This document shows, one piece after another, positions 20,501-30,900 of a stretch of 64,000 bases of DNA (its first letter is position 1; the number at the start of each line of letters is the position of its first letter). Source of the stretch: Auanema rhodensis (lineage: Eukaryota > Animalia > Nematoda); assembly GCA_964057225.1 (NCBI GenBank), contig OZ059895.1:4898001-4962000 (forward strand), read 5' to 3'. The notes beneath the pieces are model-generated. The model made no database searches, was not told the origin of the DNA, and saw only the letters and a program-made list of their open reading frames with translations. A program made the position numbers and the translations under genes.

Positions 20501-23301
20501 CAAACCTTGAACTTTTCTTGCTTCTTTTTTAGCTGAGCCTTCTTCTTGTCGTTAGGTGGAACCCAACAACAAGAGTGCTCTTCAGGCCTTGTCTGACCGC
20601 ACTTTTTGCAGAATTTTTCATTGCAATTGTGCGGTCTATCAGCACGGACCATGTGATAGTGATCACACGCCACACATGTCTGAATTTAAGCTTGTTATGT
20701 ACAACTTTAAATTTTCACAAAATACCTTGAATTTTCGGCAGGCTTTTCGCAAATGCCTATCGAAGCATTGTTGAGTTTTAAACAAAACTCTACAACTATC
20801 ACACCTCACGCTACTCTCAACCACATTCCCCATCGCATTACAATTATAGGTGTGGCATTTTTTACATTTGGCTTTACATCTATGCAACACTGTATTGTAA
20901 GATAACTTACAGTGTTGACATATAATACCATCAAAAATTTTCGAACGACTACCAGCTGTAATACAATCATAGTGATTATTTCGGTAACCTAGTGTTACCA
21001 ATTTGCTAGCCGCTTCATTAAATATTTTCTGGATAGTGTACATACGCTGTCCAGGCGGTCTAGCATATACTACAAACTTATAGTTTGTATTACAGCTGGC
21101 AATAATGTTTAAATGAATTAAATTATAATTTGGTAAATCTACAGAAATTCCACACCTATTTAATAAATTGATATGGTGTGGCTGATTTGGCAATAAGATG
21201 TAATTGCGACGAAGGTTTTGCAGCCTTCGCTTCTCATCGCCATCTTCAGTGGCCAGCTCGTCAGCTTTCCACATTCCCACAACTGCTGATCTAGCCAGAC
21301 AATGTGAGTCAGTGTTGGCAATGGTTCCAGGTATTTTGAGTTCGGGGTCAAAATAAAACCCGACTCTACCTTCACCAGGCATCAGGCTTGGCTGCGCTGG
21401 CCTTTCATCAAACACATACATCTCAATATTCATTGCCTGGCTGATTACAGCCTCTCGTTTTGATTGCTGCACCTTGCTGATGGCATTCATAATGGCTACG
21501 CCATCGAGATGCTCCCTTCTACGAAAGTCCATAAATATGGAGCCCTTTTCAAAGGAAGGGTGCTCAATTGATAAACAAAATAAGGCTTTTTGCTTATCAG
21601 GCACACCGCTTTCAGCAAGACAACGATCAAGGAATTCGTTGAATAACCGCGGCATGATAACATGCATTGGTTCATCAACATTTTCCAAGTGTGGGAACGT
21701 GAGCGATCGAACGACCACGTTGGTAAAACGACCGGTGCGTTTTATGCGCCGGTGTGACCACTATAATAAACAACATTTATAACAGTTTACATGCTTTTTT
21801 TATTTTTATTTTTAAAAGTTTAAATAAAAATAGTTTTAAGAATATATATGAATTGTTTCATCTTTTGCTTAAAATTATTATGTCTCTTTGTTTGTTATAG
21901 TCGTTATTTTTTTTTTTTTATTTAATTGAAATGTTTTCAAATATATGTTTAGTTTGTTTCAAAACGATTAGAAAAATACAAAATATTTAAATGTTTCAGT
22001 TTTTGAGCATCATTTTTTTTTTTTAATGTTTAAAAATTTAATAAATAAAAATTAAATAATAATAGAATTATAAAATTGTTTAAAATATATATAAATAAAA
22101 GAGATGAAGTGAAATGGTTTAGAAAATACAAAATATTTAAATGTTTCAGTTTTTGAGCATCACAATATTGAAATTTAAATGTTTTTTAGTGATTAAAAAT
22201 TTAATAAACGAAATTATGAAAAAGTGATAGAAATTTAAATTTGTTCAAGATATGTGATTAAATAAAAGAGATGAAGTGAAATGGCTTAGAAAATATAAAT
22301 CAATTTCATGTTTCAGTTTTTGAGCATCACAATATTGAAATTTAAATGTTTTTTTAATGATTAAAAATTTAAAAAATGAAATTATGAAATAGTGGTAGAA
22401 ATATAAAATTGTTTAAAATAGATGGAGTGAAATGGTTTAGAAAAAAAAACAAAATATTTAAATGTTTCTGTTTTTGCGCATCAAAATATTTAAATTTAAG
22501 TGTAATTTAATGATTAAAAATTTTAATAAATAAAAATTATAAAGTAGTGGTAAAAATTTAAAATTGTTTAAAATATGAAATTAAATAAAAGAGATGGAGT
22601 GAAATGATTTGAAAAATACAAAATATTTAAATGTGTCAGTTTTTGAGCATCAAAATATTTAAATTTAAGTGTATTTTAGTGAATAAAAATTTAATAAATG
22701 ATATTATGGCATGGATTTGGGATAAGATTTTATTTTATTTTTCAAAAAGCCACCAAATGTATGATGATTTGTTTAAAAATAGATGGCAGAATTCAAAATT
22801 GCTCAAGATATGTAATCAAATAAAAGATATAGAGTGAAAAGAATTGTAACATGAAAAAAAAAAGGTTAAAAGCTCGTACCTTTATTTGACAAACATCGTT
22901 GAAGGATGAACCGCCTCCTAATTGTTCTCCACTAGTTGATGGCATCTCGGGATACCATTCTCTGGAAAAAAAAAAAAATTTCATGCTTTTTCATTATATG
23001 ATAGCTTACTCATTATCGCTGTCATCCAAGGTGATAACTTCAATAACCCTTGATGACGAGGGACCACTATTGGAAGTGGTTATTGCGGGGTCACACAGCT
23101 CAACACCACCACTCTCGGTAAGTTTTATGCGCTTACTAAAAAAAAACAAAGATGTATATTTTAAAAATATTGTTAAATTACCTGAGTTGATAAATTTCCT
23201 CATAATCGAACCCCAACTCTTCACATACACGCTTATAACTGAAAATAAATATTTTAATTAAAAAAAAAAGATAGGAAAAAACACAACCTGTTAGCAGCCA
23301 T
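17531..23301 (-). CDS. Protein-primed family B DNA polymerase polyprotein (~1370 aa, 14 exons)
   Basis: Exons 23301-23288, 23238-23182, 23135-23010, 22961-22880, 21760-20726, 20679-20506, 20460-19678, 19631-19404, 19359-19273, 19230-18526, 18483-18377, 18332-18055, 18011-17806 and 17761-17531 join in frame (4113 nt). The spliced product has ExoI FYDFET, ExoII AHNGSRFD, ExoIII YCRTDV, DFCSLYP, KLQLNSVWGK, YTDTDS and C-terminal TLPYGY. Confidence 0.9.
21900..22700. repeat. AT-rich degenerate ~150-170-bp tandem repeat inside pPolB intron 4
   Basis: ATGTTTCAGTTTTTGAGCATCA-like core at ~21991, 22141, 22308, 22462 and 22631, with GAGATGAAGTGAAATGG-like cores between. Confidence 0.8.
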
Positions 23302-23529
23302 TGTATCTTGTTAGAATAAAATTATGCAAACTCTGAGAGGTAGTTATCCATATTTCATTTTACACATTTATATTACACTTCATTGCAAGAACAGTCAGTT
23401 GTTTTATTGTCACGTAACAATGTTGCCAACACTCAACATTGTATCATATTACAGCTGTCAACAGTGGCAGTTGCCAATGCGCTGTTAATAAATACGCATG
23501 TATTGTTGTGGTCAGCGCAACTGTTTCAA

Positions 23530-24360
23530 CAATCTTATCGAATTAATCATCGATATGTGTTCTTTGAGTTAGGGTATTAGAATATTAGTAATATACACAC
23601 TAAAATTTTTTCTATATACTCTTCTTTCCAAGTAATTTGAGAATATTAGAAATCTTGATGCATATGCTATACAGCTATTTGTTATACTTTAATGAACAAG
23701 TGCTTTGCCATTTGGTTCATTGTAGGTCAACGTATCTGTTTCACCAATCTTATCGAATTGATATTCGATATGTGTTCCATTAACATTTTTGATACTAAAA
23801 ACTATATACCCATGACCCCTTGGCATAGTAAGTATTCTTTAGCGTTATGGGTACTTGTGCTGTACAGCTATTTATCATATTTTTATGAACAAAACTTTTG
23901 CCATGTGGTACATGTGTGGGGCAGCGCACCTGTTTTAACGATCTTATCGAATTAATCTTCGATATGTGTTCCATTGGAAACAACACAATTGTTTGTGAAT
24001 CCTATCGAATTAACCTTCGATATGTGTTTTATTGAGTTAGTATATTAGAATATACTAATATAAAATTAAAAAAAAAAAGGTTCTTTAAACTATTCTTTCA
24101 TGTAATTTGAAAATATTAGACAACTTGGTACATGTGGTGTACAGCTATTTATCATATTTTTATGAACAAAACGTTTGCCATGTGGTTCTTGTGTGGGTCA
24201 GTGCACCTGTTTTAACGATCTTATCGAATTAACCTTCGATATGTGTTCCATTAACTTTTGTATTTCATATCGTTCTTATCGAATTAACTTTCGATATGTG
24301 TTCCATTAACTTTTGTATTTCATATCGTTCTTATCGAATTAACCTTCGATATGAGTTCCA
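23530..24360. promoter_or_regulatory. Subterminal array of TATCGAA-N6-TTCGATA dyads (7 copies; 2 more at 8623-8705)
   Basis: Copies near 23536, 23751, 23945, 24003, 24222, 24277 and 24332. They lie upstream of the pPolB start and are mirrored at the left end. Regulatory function is inferred. Confidence 0.55.
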
Positions 24361-24498
24361 TTGATTAACCCATAAGAGGTACGGTGAACATATTGATTAC
24401 CTTTTAAATTTATTTAAATAAATAAAAAAAACAATATATATGAGAAATAATTTATTCAGTTTTAAAAATACATTTAAAAAGAAATAATTTATTCAGTT

Positions 24499-24923
24499 TT
24501 AAAAATACATTTAAAAAGAAATAATTTTAAAAATATATTTAAAAAGAAACAATTAAATAATAATATTTACAAATACAATTTAAAATATATATAAATATTA
24601 AAAATACATTTTAAAGAAATAAGTTTAAAAATATTTACAAATACAATTAACAAATATATAAATAATAAAAGTTCATTTAAAATAATACATTAAAAAATAA
24701 TTATAAAAATGATTTTAAAAAAAAAAATCATGCATTTTGATCCATGCGCAGGCTCGAGAGCCTGCCTCGGGAGAAAAAGTATATTTTTGACAGCTGACGC
24801 CGAAAATATGATTTTGACAGCTGACGCCCCCAAAAGTATGTTTTTAGCAGCTGACGCCCTCAAAAGTATGTTTTTAGCAACTGTTTGGGGGCGTGGTTAG
24901 TAAATTCGGCATGGCTCTCTACT
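24499..24923 (-). repeat. Maverick right terminal inverted repeat
   Basis: Reverse complement of 7977-8401. Confidence 0.93.
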
Positions 24924-27900
24924 CTCGGTGCATTTTCAAGCTAGCGCAAATCTGATAACACAGATCGACGCAGCTTAAAAATCCGCATCGAATGCACTAT
25001 ACTTCATTGAGAAACGCTTAATACAAAAATTAGTTATGATCGTTTGAAAAATGATGCATTAGTGTATGTTGAGTTTCCATGTACACTCAACATTGCTTCC
25101 AAAAACATTTTGACAAAAATTTTTTCGAAAAATTTCAAAATAATTTAGCAAAAAGTAGATGTTTTTAGATTCCTTTTTTCAAGGCAAAGACGATGGACAA
25201 TGTTATTCAACGAAAAAATTAATTCTTCAGGGTGAAAATCGAGGTTATAAGTGTGAACTTATATCAGTTGATATCTCGGTGCATTTTTAAGCTAGCGCAA
25301 ATCTGATAACACAGATCGACGCAGCTTAAAAATCCGCATCGAATGCACTATACTACATTGAGAAACGCTCAATACAAAAATTAGTTATGATCGTTTGAAA
25401 AATGATGCATTAGTGTATGTTGAGTTTCCATGTACACTCAACATTGCTTCCAAAAACATTTTGACAAAAATTTTTTCGAAAAATTTCAAAATAATTTAGC
25501 AAAAAGTAGATGTTTTTAGATTCCTTTTCTCAAGGCAAAGACGATGGACAATGTTATTCAACGAAAAAATTAATTCTTCAGGGTGAAAATCGAGGATATA
25601 AGTGTGAACTTATATCAGTTGATATCTCGGTGCATTTTCAAGCTAGCGCAAATCTGATAACACAGATCGACTCAGCTTAAAAATCCGCATTTAATGCACT
25701 ATACTACATTGAAAAACGCTTAATACAAAAATTAGTTATGATCGTTCGAAAAATGATGCATTAGTGTATGTTGAGTTTCCATGTACACTCAACATTGCTT
25801 CCAAAAACATTTTGACAAAAATTTTTTCGAAAAATTTCAAAATAATTTAGCAAAAAGTAGATGTTTTTAGATTCTTTTTTTCAAGGCAAAGACGATGGAC
25901 AATGTTATTCAACGAAAAAATTAATTCTTCAGGGTGAAAATCGAGGATATAAGTGTGAACTTATATCAGTTGATATCTCGGTGCATTTTTAAGCTAGCGC
26001 AAATCTGATAACACAGATCGACGCAGCTTAAAAATCCGCATCGAATGCACTATACTACATTGAAAAACGCTTAATATAAAAATTAGTTATGATCGTTTGA
26101 AAAATGATGCATTAGTGTATGTTGAGTTTCCATGTACACTCAACATTGCTTCCAAAAACATTTTGACAAAAATTTTTTCGAAAAATTTCAAAATAATTTA
26201 GCAAAAAGTAGATGTTTTTAGATTCTTTTTTTCAAGGCAAAGACGATGGACAATGTTATTCAACGAAAAAATTAATTCTTCAGGGTGAAAATCGAGGATA
26301 TAAGTGTGAACATATATCAGTTGATATCTCGGTGCATTTTCAAGCTAGCGCAAATCTGATAACACAGATCGACGCAGCTTAAAAATCCGCATCGAATGCA
26401 CTATACTTCATTGAGAAACGCTTAATACAAAAATTAGTTATGATCGTTTGAAAAATGATGCATTAGTGTATGTTGAGTTTCCATGTACACTCAACATTGC
26501 TTCCAAAAACATTTTGACAAAAATTTTTTCGAAAAATTTCAAAATAATTTAGCAAAAAGTAGATGTTTTTAGATTCTTTTTTTCAAGGCAAAGACGATGG
26601 ACAATGTTATTCAACGAAAAAATTAATTCTTCAGGGTGAAAATCGAGGATATAAGTGTGAACTTATATCAGTTGATATCTCGGTGCATTTTTAAGCTAGC
26701 GCAAATCTGATAACACAGATCGACGCAGCTTAAAAATCCGCATCGAATGCACTATACTACATTGAGAAACGCTCAATACAAAAATTAGTTATGATCGTTT
26801 GAAAAATGATGCATTAGTGTATGTTGAGTTTCCATGTACACTCAACATTGCTTCCAAAAACATTTTGACAAAAATTTTTTCGAAAAATTTCGGAATAATT
26901 TAGCAAAAAGTAGATGTTTTTAGATTCTTTTTTTCAAGGCAAAGACGATGGACAATGTTTTTCAACGAAAAAATTAATTCTTCAGGGTGAAAATCGAGGA
27001 TATAAGTGTGAACTTATATCAGTTGATATCTCGGTGCATTTTCAAGCTAGCGCAAATCTGATAACACAGATCGACGCAGCTTAAAAATCCGCATCGAATG
27101 CACTATACTTCATTGAGAAACGCTTAATACAAAAATTAGTTATGATCGTTTGAAAAATGATGCATTAGTGTATGTTGAGTTTCCATGTACACTCAACATT
27201 GCTTCCAAAAACATTTTGACAAAAATTTTTTCGAAAAATTTCAAAATAATTTAGCAAAAAGTAGATGTTTTTAGATTCTTTTTTTCAAGGCAAAGACGAT
27301 GGACAATGTTATTCAACGAAAAAATTAATTCTTCAGGGTGAAAATCGAGGATATAAGTGTGAACTTATATCAGTTGATATCTCGGTGCATTTTTAAGCTA
27401 GCGCAAATCTGATAACACAGATCGACGCAGCTTAAAAATCCGCATCGAATGCACTATACTACATTGAGAGACGCTCAATACAAAAATTAGTTATGATCGT
27501 TTGAAAAATGATGCATTAGTGTATGTTGAGTTTCCATGTACACTCAACATTGCTTCCAAAAACATTTTGACAAAAATTTTTTCGAAAAATTTCAGAATAA
27601 TTTAGCAAAAAGTAGATGTTTTTAGATTCTTTTTTTCAAGGCAAAGACGATGGACAATGTTTTTCAACGAAAAAATTAATTCTTCAGGGTGAAAATCGAG
27701 GATATAAGTGTGAACTTATATCAGTTGATATCTCGGTGCATTTTCAAGCTAGCGCAAATCTGATAACACAGATCGACGCAGCTTAAAAATCCGCATCGAA
27801 TGCACTATACTTCATTGAGAAACGCTTAATACAAAAATTAGTTATGATCGTTTGAAAAATGATGCATTAGTGTATGTTGAGTTTCCATGTACACTCAACA

Positions 27901-30900
27901 TTGCTTCCAAAAACATTTTGACAAAAATTTTTTCGAAAAATTTCAAAATAATTTAGCAAAAAGTAGATGTTTTTAGATTCTTTTTTTCAAGGCAAAGACG
28001 ATGGACAATGTTATTCAACGAAAAAATTAATTCTTCAGGGTGAAAATCGAGGATATAAGTGTGAACTTATATCAGTTGATATCTCGGTGCATTTTTAAGC
28101 TAGCGCAAATCTGATAACACAGATCGACGCAGCTTAAAAATCCGCATCGAATGCACTATACTACATTGAGAAACGCTCAATACAAAAATTAGTTATGATC
28201 GTTTGAAAAATGATGCATTAGTGTATGTTGAGTTTCCATGTACACTCAACATTGCTTCCAAAAACATTTTGACAAAAATTTTTTCGAAAAATTTCGGAAT
28301 AATTTAGCAAAAAGTAGATGTTTTTAGATTCTTTTTTTCAAGGCAAAGACGATGGACAATGTTTTTCAACGAAAAAATTAATTCTTCAGGGTGAAAATCG
28401 AGGATATAAGTGTGAACTTATATCAGTTGATATCTCGGTGCATTTTCAAGCTAGCGCAAATCTGATAACACAGATCGACGCAGCTTAAAAATCCGCATCG
28501 AATGCACTATACTTCATTGAGAAACGCTTAATACAAAAATTAGTTATGATCGTTTGAAAAATGATGCATTAGTGTATGTTGAGTTTCCATGTACACTCAA
28601 CATTGCTTCCAAAAACATTTTGACAAAAATTTTTTCGAAAAATTTCAAAATAATTTAGCAAAAAGTAGATGTTTTTAGATTCTTTTTTTCAAGGCAAAGA
28701 CGATGGACAATGTTATTCAACGAAAAAATTAATTCTTCAGGGTGAAAATCGAGGATATAAGTGTGAACTTATATCAGTTGATATCTCGGTGCATTTTTAA
28801 GCTAGCGCAAATCTGATAACACAGATCGACGCAGCTTAAAAATCCGCATCGAATGCACTATACTACATTGAGAGACGCTCAATACAAAAATTAGTTATGA
28901 TCGTTTGAAAAATGATGCATTAGTGTATGTTGAGTTTCCATGTACACTCAACATTGCTTCCAAAAACATTTTGACAAAAATTTTTTCGAAAAATTTCAGA
29001 ATAATTTAGCAAAAAGTAGATGTTTTTAGATTCTTTTTTTCAAGGCAAAGACGATGGACAATGTTTTTCAACGAAAAAATTAATTCTTCAGGGTGAAAAT
29101 CGAGGATATAAGTGTGAACTTATATCAGTTGATATCTCGGTGCATTTTCAAGCTAGCGCAAATCTGATAACACAGATCGACGCAGCTTAAAAATCCGCAT
29201 CGAATGCACTATACTTCATTGAGAAACGCTTAATACAAAAATTAGTTATGATCGTTTGAAAAATGATGCATTAGTGTATGTTGAGTTTCCATGTACACTC
29301 AACATTGCTTCCAAAAACATTTTGACAAAAATTTTTTCGAAAAATTTCAAAATAATTTAGCAAAAAGTAGATGTTTTTAGATTCCTTTTTTCAAGGCAAA
29401 GACGATGGACAATGTTATTCAACGAAAAAATTAATTCTTCAGGGTGAAAATCGAGGATATAAGTGTGAACTTATATCAGTTGATATCTCGGTGCATTTTC
29501 AAGCTAGCGCAAATCTGATAACACAGATCGACGAAGCTTAAAAATCCGCATCGAATGCACTATACTTCATTGAGAAACGCTTAATACAAAAATTAGTTAT
29601 GATCGTTTGAAAAATGATGCATTAGTGTATGTTGAGTTTCCATGTACACTCAACATTGCTTCCAAAAACATTTTGACAAAAATTTTTTCGAAAAATTTCA
29701 AAATAATTTAGCAAAAAGTAGATGTTTTTAGATTCCTTTTTTCAAGGCAAAGACGATGGACAATGTTATTCAACGAAAAAATTAATTCTTCAGGGTGAAA
29801 ATCGAGGATATAAGTGTGAACTTATATCAGTGGATATCTCGGTGCATTTTTAAGCTAGCGCAAATCTGATAACACAGATCGACGCAGCTTAAAAATCCGC
29901 ATCGAATGCACTATACTACATTGAGAAACGCTTAATACAAAAATTAGTTATGATCGTTTGAAAAATGATGCATTAGTGTATGTTGAGTTTCCATGTACAC
30001 TCAACATTGCTTCCAAAAACATTTTGACAAAAATTTTTTCGAAAAATTTAAAAATAATTTAGCAAAAAGTAGATGTTTTTAGATTTCTTTTTTCAAGGCA
30101 AAGACGATGGACAATGTTATTCAACGAAAAAAATAATTCTTCAGGGTGAAAATCGAGGTTATAAGTGTGAACTTATATCAGTTGATATCTCGGTGCATTT
30201 TCAAGCTAGCGCAAATCTGATAACACAGATCGACGCAGCTTAAAAATCCGCATCGAATGCACTATACTTCTTTGAGAAACGCTTAATACAAAAATTAGTT
30301 ATGATCGTTTGAAAAATGATGCATTAGTGTATGTTGAGTTTCCATGTACACTCAACATTGCTTCCAAAAACATTTTGACAAAAATTTTTTCGAAAAATTT
30401 AAAAATAATTTAGCAAAAAGTAGATGTTTTTAGATTCTTTTTTTCAAGGCAAAGACGATGGACAATGTTATTCAACGAAAAAATTAATTCTTCAGGGTGA
30501 AAATCGAGGTTATAAGTGTGAACTTATATCAGTTGATATCTCGGTGCATTTTCAAGCTAGCGCAAATCTGATAACACAGATCGACGCAGCTTAAAAATCC
30601 GCATCGAATGCACTATACTTCATTGAAAAACGCTTAATACAAAAATTAGTTATGATCGTTTGAAAAATGATGCATTAGTGTATGTTGAGTTTCCATGTAC
30701 ACTCAACATTGCTTCCAAAAACATTTTGACAAAAATTTTTTCGAAAAATTTCAAAATAATTTAGCAAAAAGTAGATGTTTTTAGATTATTTTTTTCAAGG
30801 CAAAGACGATGGACAATGTTATTCAACGAAAAAATTAATTCTTCAGGGTGAAAATCGAGGATATAAGTGTGAACATATATCAGTTGATATCTCGGTGCAT

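Larger units (their letters stand above)
7977..24923. mobile_element. Maverick/Polinton (adintovirus-like endogenous dsDNA virus/transposon), full length, 16,947 bp
   Basis: Termini AGTAGAGAG...CTCTCTACT. 6-bp TSD CTCGGT at 7971-7976 and 24924-24929. Long TIRs. Carries INT, ATPase, mCP, PRO, MCP and pPolB. Satellite phase resumes exactly (next monomer at 25051 = 8098 + 16,953). Confidence 0.98.

Noticed and set aside
17531-21718. pPolB as a fragmented pseudogene
   Set aside because: Every break coincides with a 42-46 nt intron with correct phase, and splicing restores all catalytic motifs.
7977-24923. Envelope/fusogen or kinase/serine-protease cargo, as known from some nematode Mavericks
   Set aside because: No unassigned ORF or space large enough, and no signal-peptide-plus-large-ectodomain ORF seen.
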